A stretch of DNA of 43,122 nt from positions 1 through 43,122 of the forward strand of contig JBILDU010000011.1 of NCBI GenBank assembly GCA_044352465.1. Direction: 5' to 3'. Below, piece by piece: positions 10,065-17,657 of the stretch (positions are counted from its first letter, which is position 1; the number at the start of each line of letters is the position of its first letter). The notes under the pieces are model-generated. The model saw only the letters and a program-made list of their open reading frames with translations. It searched no databases and was not told where the DNA came from. Source of the DNA: Bdellovibrionota bacterium (lineage in GTDB: Bacteria > Bdellovibrionota_C > UBA2361). Position numbers and translations under genes: made by a program.

Positions 10065-12661
10065 TCTCATTTACTCATCCAACCTATCTTCTCGCCCTCA
10101 GTGGTATCGCTCTTCTCGCACTGTATCAGATCGGTCGTCAGGGTGGACTTCACGCCGTTACTCGCGGTGCCTTCATCGGGTACCTGCTGCAGTGGTGCAC
10201 GTTCGGAGTTCTCATCGTCACGGCCGCCGGGCCATTTCTCGAGGTTCATCACGAGTCATCAACTGCCACCCTTCTTCTCGATATCTCTGAGAGTATGGAC
10301 GAGGCCACCGCCAACGACATTCTCGACTCGGTCAAGCGCTATCAGGCGACCGGGTCTGACCTTGAAATTGTTCCGTTTGCCCGGGAGACAGCCCCGCTCT
10401 CAGTCTTCTCCCATGGCGGTTTCCGGGCTCTTCGTAACGCCTGGTTCAAGCTCGATGTCGGTGGGACAAACCTTGAGCGCGCACTCCAGACGGTCCTCTC
10501 GCGTCAACCCGCGAGCATTCTTGTCGCCTCCGACGGATTTGAGACCGCCGGCGATGCCACTGCAGCGCTCAGCTCCCTCAAGGCCCGGGGCTTCCGACTC
10601 TTCCCCCTCATACCGGACCAACGTGGCACCGCGCCGGGCTTCACGATCTCGCATCTTCACACCCCTCTTCTTGCACCGACACAACAAAGCGTCGATATCA
10701 GAGTAAGCCTCCGCAACGATCTCAGTACTGCTCAGCGAGGGATGCTGACCGTGTCCCACGATGGGAAAAAGGTACTCGAGCGTCGGGTCACCGTCGCTCC
10801 CGGACAGGAGCTACTGGAGATCGCCCCGAGCGACCCCTCCAAGGAAGGCATCAAAGAGATCACTGCGACACTCACTCCCGACAACGAGGATATAGCTCCG
10901 AGCTCAGCGACGGCTTATCTCTCCGGGAAGACACGCGAGAAAGTACTCCTTCTCAACGGAGCCGGCGAGGATGGTCGTTTCTTGGACGAGGTCCTTAAAG
11001 ATCAGTCTTACCAACTCACCGCGGTCGTCGTCGGCGACCAACCGCGCGATCTTCCCGCTCTTACCGACTTCTCCACCGTCATCCTCAACAACGTTGCCCG
11101 GTCCCAACTCCGCCAAGGATTCCCCGCCGAAGCTGAACGGTTCGTCAAAGGGGGAGGTGGACTCCTTATGGTAGGAGGTAACCGCAGTTTCGGACTCGGT
11201 GGGTACCTCGATACCCCGATCGCCGACATCTTACCGGTTGAAATCCTGCCTCCCCAGACACTCAAGAAACGGCTCAATGTAGCCGTCGCGCTCGTCCTCG
11301 ATAAATCTCGGAGTATGGCGTTCGGAGATCGGATCGAATACGCCAAAGAAGCCGCTCGAGAGACGATTCGGAATCTTAAAAACGATGACTATCTGACGGT
11401 CGTCGGCTTCGATTCAGCTCCGTTCGTCGTTGTCAAGTTAGGGCAACTCGCCGAGATCCGCGCGGATGCCCTCGAAAGGGTCGAGCGCCTCTTCCCCGCC
11501 AACAAAACAAACCTACTCCCCGCCATCGACGAAGCACGGCGCGCCTTGACCCGGGCCAACGCGGGGCGAAAACACATGATTATCCTGACCGACGGGCGCA
11601 TCCCCGATGAGGGGCCGTACTACGCTGAAATCGTCCGCCAGATGCGCCTCCTCGGCATTACCGTTTCGACCGTCCTCGTGGGGGGAGAGACAGACACAGG
11701 GATGCTCAACCAAATGGCCGAACTCGGTGGTGGCGCATACTACCAAGTGGCCGATCCACGCTCCCTTCCCCGAATTTTCATCTCCGATATTAAAGTAAGT
11801 ACCGGCGAACGCAGTCTTAAAGAAGCCGAGGAGTTCCTCGTACGCGCTACCTCTGGCCTGACGAGCACCGCGCTCTCCAGCTTTCCACCGCTCCGTGGAT
11901 ACGTTCAAACAAAGCCGCGGGAGCGTGCGGCGCTTGAACTCGTCACGATGGTCGATGATAAAGCCGAGCCACTTCTCGCTACCTGGAAGGTCGGCAACGG
12001 CAAGGTCGCTGCTTTTACCTCAGACGTCAGCGGCCGATGGTCGAACTATTGGGTCGCTTGGAGCAAGTTTCAATCGTTTTGGAGCGATGTACTGCGCTCT
12101 ATCCGACCACTCAACGACGCAACAGATGATGTCCGATTCGATCTTCGGACCTTCTACGCCCACGGCTTCCTTCATCTTGATCTGAGTGTTTTTAACGAGA
12201 ACGCTTCCGGGGCAGCCACCGCAACACTGACCCTTCCCGATGGCGGCAGGCGGGATGTCGAGCTCTCGCCCGTATCACGTGGACGCTTCAAAGGACAGAT
12301 CGGGGATGTTCTCCCGGGAAAATATGAGTTTCATGCCCGTATAGGCGAGCGCCGACTGAGCCCCGTTGGCTTCTACCTCTCCGGGGAGCTCTTCGGAGAG
12401 CAAAAAGGGCGTGGCTTCAATATACCGCTCCTCGCCACACTCGCATCGGCAACCGGAGGTGAGATAAACCCCGATCCCGCAGCACTCCGTAACCAAACAT
12501 ACACTCAAACGAGAAAACGAGAGCTCGGCACTTTCGGACTACTTCTCGCCGCGATACTCCTCGGAGCGACGATCATTTGGCGTGAGGTCCTCGCGCACTC
12601 ACGCCGAGTGAGCGGCGGAATATCCCGACCGGGCCGGAAAAGAAACCGTATCGCGGCTTAA
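10061..12661 (+). CDS. Double vWA + glutamine-amidotransferase-like (DUF1355-type) membrane protein
   Basis: Two MIDAS motifs (LLDISESM, VLDKSRSM), SDG and LTDG, and a GATase-like segment FVKGGGGLLMVGGNRSFGLGGY..TPIADILPV; also GKVAAFTSD, LATLASATGG and a C-terminal TM. Confidence 0.85.
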   Translation: MISFTHPTYLLALSGIALLALYQIGRQGGLHAVTRGAFIGYLLQWCTFGVLIVTAAGPFLEVHHESSTATLLLDISESMDEATANDILDSVKRYQATGSDLEIVPFARETAPLSVFSHGGFRALRNAWFKLDVGGTNLERALQTVLSRQPASILVASDGFETAGDATAALSSLKARGFRLFPLIPDQRGTAPGFTISHLHTPLLAPTQQSVDIRVSLRNDLSTAQRGMLTVSHDGKKVLERRVTVAPGQELLEIAPSDPSKEGIKEITATLTPDNEDIAPSSATAYLSGKTREKVLLLNGAGEDGRFLDEVLKDQSYQLTAVVVGDQPRDLPALTDFSTVILNNVARSQLRQGFPAEAERFVKGGGGLLMVGGNRSFGLGGYLDTPIADILPVEILPPQTLKKRLNVAVALVLDKSRSMAFGDRIEYAKEAARETIRNLKNDDYLTVVGFDSAPFVVVKLGQLAEIRADALERVERLFPANKTNLLPAIDEARRALTRANAGRKHMIILTDGRIPDEGPYYAEIVRQMRLLGITVSTVLVGGETDTGMLNQMAELGGGAYYQVADPRSLPRIFISDIKVSTGERSLKEAEEFLVRATSGLTSTALSSFPPLRGYVQTKPRERAALELVTMVDDKAEPLLATWKVGNGKVAAFTSDVSGRWSNYWVAWSKFQSFWSDVLRSIRPLNDATDDVRFDLRTFYAHGFLHLDLSVFNENASGAATATLTLPDGGRRDVELSPVSRGRFKGQIGDVLPGKYEFHARIGERRLSPVGFYLSGELFGEQKGRGFNIPLLATLASATGGEINPDPAALRNQTYTQTRKRELGTFGLLLAAILLGATIIWREVLAHSRRVSGGISRPGRKRNRIAA

Positions 12662-12832
12662 CCGATCTCCCCCGCTCTCATAGGTTGGTTGCAAATTCCC
12701 CCGTTCGAGGGCTCCTCGCGTACGTTCTCGCGAGCGCCTCACCTGAATCTCACCGATCTCTAACGAAGCTACTCTGGTCTTGGCTATCAACTCGCGCTAC
12801 CACTAGGCCGTCGTAGAATATGCGGAGGCTGT

Positions 12833-14485
12833 GTGTCTACTGTCGCCCCGATAGCTCCATCCAGTGGCTCCCTCGATCGCTCCCCCCACGCGGATCTGAA
12901 CTTCACTTTTCGAAGCCACCTTCGCGCTGCTGAGCCCCTCTCTTCCGCGGCTGAGCGGGATATCACCACCCGCCTCGAGGCACTAACAGTGGAGCGCACA
13001 GCGATAATCCTCGGCTCTCCCCGAATCATCCAGCAGATACTCAGAGAGGCCCAAAAACGACCCTTCGATGGAGCGGACGAAGGATCTGCGCTTCGCTGGG
13101 GAGCAACAACGAACTGGCTTGAAACCATCGCGGCAACGGTAGCAACGGGGCTCAGTTCCTACCGTCTCGGTTCACTAGCACTCCCACTTCTCGATAAACA
13201 ACTCGACCAGATCGGCGGACATCTTCACGAATCCGACTCCCTAAAAAATGCGCGCCTCGTGACGAACTCCGCACTTAATCTTTACCGACGGGAGATAGTC
13301 TCAGCATCCTCGCAGACGGACGAGAACGGCCCGATTCATCGCCTGCGCGCTCAAAGGCTTGAACAGGTGGAAGGGGTGCTTACACCACTTATTGATACCC
13401 TCGTCTCACGAAACCTACGACTCGTCTACGCAGTGGCCCGCCGATTTAATGTGAACGGTGAACTTCACGACGAGGTAATCGCGGCGGGCAATCTAGGCCT
13501 CCTTCGAGCGGCTCAGGGCTTTAAAGCGAGCGTCGGAGTACGCTTTGGGACCTACGCATTCAAAGTGATCGAGAATGAAATGATTCGCTCACTGACCACG
13601 CGCAACCGAGAACGTAGGGTCGGCAGCTCTGCCCCCCCGGAGGGTGCCCTTCCACGACGAGTCGTATCTCTGAGCCACGAGCTTGATTCGCACCGCGAAG
13701 GGGGAACGCTCCACGACCTTATCGCCGATAAGACGACGCCCCCACCCGGACGGGAGATAGAGCGGCGCGAGGATACCTCTCTTGCAGCGACGATAGTTAC
13801 GACGTGCATCGAGAAGCTGCCTGAAATCGAACGTACCGTCATCAAACGTTTTTACGGATTGGAGGGGGCCCAGAGCGCCTCGATCATCCTCCTCGCTGTA
13901 GAGCTTGGCGAATCACGCGATCAAATTCGACGAACTCTCGACAAAGCTGAGCGTCGCCTCCGCCATCTGTTAGAGACCTATTCGCCGCGTAGTCTTACCG
14001 CACTTGGTCTCGAGGACAACGGCGAGGAGAACGAAACGCTGCCGCTCCAAGAACGAGATGGCCACCCGGCTCCCCCTATGGCTCGAACAGCCGAGCCCCT
14101 CATCGAGCACGCCCCCCGTGGGTTGACTCGAGAACCCCCGCTTTTCCCGCCAACTGAGCTCTTCTTCAAGCTCGTTGAGGAATATACCACCGCACTCACA
14201 CAGATTCGCCGCGCGGTTCAAAGTTCTGCTGATGCTCCGCGGGCCCCTGCGATGGAGGAGACCGATGCACTGCACCGGTTCCACACCACACTTCTCGAAC
14301 GGTGGCCACGTGGATTCAGTCAGCAAAGCTACGGTCTACAGCTCGAGGCCGAAATCCTTACCCGTAAGTCCCTCGACTCAATTCAATTGAAAGAAATCTA
14401 CAGCCTGCAACTCACCCTTCAAGGGAGGCTCACCGAGCTCTCGACCACACACCTCTCCGTATCAGCTCCTCCCCGTGTTGAATGA
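12833..14485 (+). CDS. Atypical sigma-70 family RNA polymerase sigma factor with long N- and C-terminal extensions
   Basis: Region 2 LVSRNLRLVYAVARRF..EVIAAGNLGLLRAAQGF..GVRFGTYAFKVIENEMIRSL; region 3.2 VVSLSHEL..TLHDLIAD; region 4 IEKLPEIERTVIKRFYGL..LAVELGESRDQIRRTLDKAERRLR; GGAGG SD before the GTG start. Confidence 0.85.
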   Translation: MSTVAPIAPSSGSLDRSPHADLNFTFRSHLRAAEPLSSAAERDITTRLEALTVERTAIILGSPRIIQQILREAQKRPFDGADEGSALRWGATTNWLETIAATVATGLSSYRLGSLALPLLDKQLDQIGGHLHESDSLKNARLVTNSALNLYRREIVSASSQTDENGPIHRLRAQRLEQVEGVLTPLIDTLVSRNLRLVYAVARRFNVNGELHDEVIAAGNLGLLRAAQGFKASVGVRFGTYAFKVIENEMIRSLTTRNRERRVGSSAPPEGALPRRVVSLSHELDSHREGGTLHDLIADKTTPPPGREIERREDTSLAATIVTTCIEKLPEIERTVIKRFYGLEGAQSASIILLAVELGESRDQIRRTLDKAERRLRHLLETYSPRSLTALGLEDNGEENETLPLQERDGHPAPPMARTAEPLIEHAPRGLTREPPLFPPTELFFKLVEEYTTALTQIRRAVQSSADAPRAPAMEETDALHRFHTTLLERWPRGFSQQSYGLQLEAEILTRKSLDSIQLKEIYSLQLTLQGRLTELSTTHLSVSAPPRVE

Positions 14486-14507
14486 ATCGCTGAAGCCCCC
14501 ACACCGT

Positions 14508-14675
14508 CGTGACTGGCGCATCTCACGAGAAGTTGCCTTAGGGGTAGTTTGTGCATGAGTCACACCCGGGATTGCGTGCGTCCAGCACGCGCTCACTCTC
14601 CGCGGGAATGAGCGCGTCTATCCGACAGAGCTCGGCTGGTGGACAAGTCGGGCCCCTGAGCGAACAATTGTAGAC
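14508..14675 (+). repeat. Copy 1 of ~168-nt direct repeat; putative structured ncRNA or IS leader
   Basis: Aligns to 16447-16615 with about 22 differences (hand count). Stems: GTGAC/GTCAC, AAGTTGCCT/GGGTAGTTT, CCCGG/TCGGG, ACGCGCTCA/TGAGCGCGT, CCGA/TCGG. Confidence 0.9.
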
Positions 14676-15193
14676 GAGGGGAGCCGGCTCATTGGCAACT
14701 GTATCACCCTCCAGGAAGCCAGGTTTCGTGACATCCCATACCGCTGTGGAGATCGGGATCTGCTCTCGAAGCAGTGCGCCTGGTTTTGTCCCGCACCGAC
14801 TACGTCCACGGTACTTATACAGTTTGAGCATCTGATCGATCGTAGAGCTACTGACCGTCAGTACCTGCTCCCGAATATCGGCACGGAGCGTTCCGTAATC
14901 ATTCTCGTGCGCTAGGAGCCACTCGTGACGAGCCTTGACGAGGTTCGTTGCGCCCAGATAGTCCGTCTCAGCCCACACGGCTTTTGGAACCGCCTCGAAT
15001 CCCGGATCCCCCTGGTATCGTGACCGTCGGCCACGTTTCCCAACCCGCCTCGGCTGACTAGCCGCGAGCCGGTTCAACTCTGCATTTAAATGCCGTGTCG
15101 CCGCTTTCCGGTGGTATCCGTCCACATTACATCAAGGATCTCTGGTTTCATCAGACAGTTACCATTTAGGTTACGCTCTCGAAGCTCCACCAT
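14676..15193 (-). pseudogene. Truncated, frameshifted ISNCY-type (integrase-core DDE) transposase
   Basis: GYHRKAATRHLN, SSSTIDQML and GTKPGALLREQIPI..WD..KPGFLEGDTVA match this family. Similarity stops at about DTVA, before the rest of the catalytic core. The N-terminus (MVELRER..EILD, ATG 15193) is in another frame. Confidence 0.8.
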
Positions 15194-15231
15194 CTCCTCT
15201 TTTCGTCTGATAATTCCGGTACCTTATAAAC

Positions 15232-15299
15232 ATTCGGTAACTGGATTTATGATGGATTGGCTCCCTAAACCGTATCTATTCGGTAACTTTTTTTGTGAT
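15232..15299. repeat. Two 22-bp imperfect direct repeats, probable transposase-binding sites at the ISNCY end
   Basis: ATTCGGTAACTGGATTTATGAT (15232-15253) and ATTCGGTAACTTTTTTTGTGAT (15278-15299), 18/22 identical, just upstream of the transposase remnant. Confidence 0.65.
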
Positions 15300-15441
15300 T
15301 AACAGGGGATAGGAAACATCACTACGTACTTTGTCATAACCTTTTTGAGTCGGCCAAGAACGGCATCTCGAGTTTTAAGAGATAGCGCGTTCATTAGCCA
15401 CTAACTCATTTGTATATATTTAGAGGTAATCTAGGAGGGGC

Positions 15442-15969
15442 ATGAGTAAGAAGGTTATACCGCAGCGGATCGCTTTTCTGAGGTTGAGCGCTTTCGCGCT
15501 TGTGGCTTTTGCCAATCCGATCGCGCCACTGGGAGTAGACGCGCAACCGCAGTTAAAGTCAGCCCCGTTCGAGCTTTTAAGCGAGGATCCGATCACTGAC
15601 TATGGGGCACCGCATCTGATTGCCCTGTCCTGTATTCTGGATGAGGACGAACTCTCGAAGGAAGCTATTGCCGGCATAGAGGAAGACGCAAAGGAGTATA
15701 AGCAACATCGTGACAAAACCCCACCGGAGGGGACGTTAGAACTATACTACGGTAGTCGATGCAGGCCATCGAAGGAGGTCAAAAAGTACCACGATGACCA
15801 AGTGAAGAAAGACTATCAGGGCGAAACGATCGACTGCGACCAAAATCCCAAACCAGCTGGTTGCCCCGATCTGAAGCCGACCCTTATCGTAAGGATACCC
15901 GGAAGAGAGCCGATAACAATCGAGGGTAAACCGGGAATTAAGAAATTCCTCGAAGAGCTCAAAAAGTGA
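15442..15969 (+). CDS. Hypothetical secreted protein (4 Cys)
   Basis: Strong AGGAGG SD; basic N-terminus followed by a hydrophobic signal-like segment; followed by a terminator hairpin; no family recognised. Confidence 0.75.
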   Translation: MSKKVIPQRIAFLRLSAFALVAFANPIAPLGVDAQPQLKSAPFELLSEDPITDYGAPHLIALSCILDEDELSKEAIAGIEEDAKEYKQHRDKTPPEGTLELYYGSRCRPSKEVKKYHDDQVKKDYQGETIDCDQNPKPAGCPDLKPTLIVRIPGREPITIEGKPGIKKFLEELKK

Positions 15970-15986
15970 TCGGGCTCTGACATCAT

Positions 15987-16030
15987 CGGCCCCTTATTGT
16001 CTCACCAGAGCCAAATAAGGGGCCGTCTTT
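15987..16030 (+). terminator. Probable intrinsic terminator
   Basis: 12-bp perfect stem CGGCCCCTTATT (15987-15998) / AATAAGGGGCCG (16014-16025) followed by TCTTT, 17 bp after the stop of 15442-15969. Confidence 0.65.
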
Positions 16031-16053
16031 CAAAGCGGGATGCCGAACCGCCG

Positions 16054-16446
16054 GTATCCGTCCCTCAAGCCACGGGCTTGACCTGTCACGACCAGCGGTC
16101 GGGGAGGATCGTCTCCGGAGCCTCGCCGCGAGCGAGCCGTGGTAGGATATCGTTAAGATAGAGCCAGGTGTTGACCTTATTAAGCCGACACGAATTGATG
16201 ATGGAGAAGAAGATCGCGGCGCGCATAGCGCCCGCGTGGGAGCCAGCGAACATTCAGTTCTTTCGCCCGAGTGCCACCGGACGCATCTGATTTTCGATGA
16301 GGTTATTATCGAGCGCGACGTGAGGATGTGAGAGAAAGAGGGTCAAAGCCTCCCAGTACGTGAGTGCGTACCATATCACCTTTCGTACCTCCCTCAGGCG
16401 CGACGTCCGGGCGCTCCATGTCCTGAGGTGCTCAGGGAGCTTCTCG
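16054..16446 (-). mobile_element. IS66 family remnant: TnpC C-terminus (nonsense mutation, frameshift) plus right end
   Basis: YALTYWEALTLFL..LDNNLIENQMRPVALGRKN*MFAGS..A..AAIFFSIINSCRLNKVNTWLYLNDIL..ILPDRWS* (stop at 16086-16088). An in-frame TGA at 16254-16256 replaces the conserved Trp. A terminal GTATCCGTCC at 16054 resembles the IS66 inverted repeat. Confidence 0.88.
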
Positions 16447-16615
16447 CGTGACTGGCGCATCTCACGAGAAGTTGCCTTGAGGGTAACTTGGACATGCGTC
16501 ACGCCCGAATTAGCGTAGGTCCAGCATGCGCTCACTCTCCGCGGGAATGAGCGCGTCTATCCGAGAGAGCTCGGCTGGTAGATAAGTCGGGCCCCCTGAA
16601 GGAACAATTGGAGAC
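16447..16615 (+). repeat. Copy 2 of ~168-nt direct repeat; putative structured ncRNA or IS leader
   Basis: Same fold as copy 1: GCGTGAC/GTCACGC, AAGTTGCCT/GGGTAACTT, GCCCGA/TCGGGC, ATGCGCTCA/TGAGCGCGT. Ends in an SD-like GGAGAC. Confidence 0.9.
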
Positions 16616-16673
16616 TATCCAAGCGAGTCTATTAAAACACCGCTCCTTCCAAACGGAAAAGCCACAGCGCGAA

Positions 16674-17264
16674 TTAGGAGTTCAGCGGAGAATACGGGGT
16701 ATATGAGCTCCCATGACCTGAGCAGATCTTTTGCCACCGCAAATTAAAACTACCCAGGCAGATGTAAATGGTGAAATCACCGAGTGCGAGTCCCTCTCGG
16801 CAAAGGGCGTGTTCTTCCTCTGTCTCGCCGCACTCTCCAGCTTCAATGGCTCGAAGAATCGCCTCTTCTCTTCGCTGGTGCCATCGCTCATCCGACTCTC
16901 CAACATGCTGTCCTTGCTCGAAGGCGAATAGCGTCTTCTCGGTATTCGAATGGTAACTTGAACTTTCATTGCAATGCGCAGGACACTCGAGTTGTGCTGT
17001 AGCCTCTTCCATCTTCTTACTCTTTTCAGCTACGAACGCTTCAAATTTTTTAGAGCAGATGTTGTCGGCCATCTCTTTATTAGACTTCGCCGTGACGTTT
17101 ATAATGACACCGGTATAAATCAATTTCTTCCAGGCCGAACCGTAGTTACCACCACACTGAAGACCGGAAGATAGCGGCTCGGCTTCGAACGTCTCAGTCA
17201 GACCCGCAGTGGGCCTCGATAAAACACCACAAAATACCATCACGAAGATGAGGATAAATCGCAT
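16674..17264 (-). CDS. Hypothetical secreted Cys-rich protein
   Basis: GAGGG SD; signal peptide MRFILIFVMVFCGVLSRPTAG; 8 Cys in the predicted mature part; visibly more AT-rich than the core genes. Confidence 0.75.
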   Translation of the reverse strand: MRFILIFVMVFCGVLSRPTAGLTETFEAEPLSSGLQCGGNYGSAWKKLIYTGVIINVTAKSNKEMADNICSKKFEAFVAEKSKKMEEATAQLECPAHCNESSSYHSNTEKTLFAFEQGQHVGESDERWHQRREEAILRAIEAGECGETEEEHALCREGLALGDFTIYICLGSFNLRWQKICSGHGSSYTPYSPLNS

Positions 17265-17657
17265 AATCCCTCGCCGTTAAACCTACGAGACCGATGAAAA
17301 CCACCGTCTCTTCGGTTATGGGTGGTACCTCTAGGCGAGGAGCTCACGATCTGCTTACGTTCTGCCTCAAAAAAGGCCAGCTCGAAACCCCAATGAGCAT
17401 GCAGGTATAGCGGGGAGTCTCTGGGTTCATCGAGTATCAGTTCGACCCTCATCGACCGCCGAGGCCCCGAGCAGGCCAAGAGAGCTCGGAGACGCTCTCT
17501 CACGCCACCCGGCACTCGCGGCAAGGCTGGTGCCGCCGATTCGCCGAGAGGCGCCTACGCAAGTACGGCGTGATTTGTCAGATGCTCTTATTCAGAGATT
17601 CTCTGGAAGAGGTGTCCCGCTACGTTGCCCGGCTTCGCCCCCTTGAGAGAATCCTTA

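Noticed and set aside
14506..14560. GTCGTGACTGGCG resembles the start of the ZTP (pfl) riboswitch
   Set aside because: The GTGG..CCAC stem and the 3' CGCCTGGGC pseudoknot partner are missing, and there is no purine or folate gene downstream.
14538..15125. 195-aa ORF as an intact transposase (likewise the 93-aa ORF 16254-16535)
   Set aside because: Both are chimeric read-throughs of transposase fragments into the non-coding repeat.
15113..16063. Shared 11-mer GGTATCCGTCC at 15113 and 16053 as element ends
   Set aside because: The copies are in direct, not inverted, orientation, and the first encodes the conserved GYH motif of the ISNCY transposase; probably coincidence.
16254..16256. In-frame TGA at a conserved Trp as evidence of an alternative genetic code
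   Set aside because: TGA terminates several intact genes here (e.g. at 6197 and 15969), and the IS66 fragment is also truncated and frameshifted.
14508..16615. Repeat pair as a CRISPR array, attC sites or a group II intron fragment
   Set aside because: Only two long copies with no spacer periodicity and no cas genes; no RYYYAAC/GTTRRRY boundaries; no domain V/VI motif.
17240..17524. 94-aa ORF upstream of the 196-aa secreted gene
   Set aside because: No recognisable motif, a weak start and overlap with the downstream gene start; cannot be supported.
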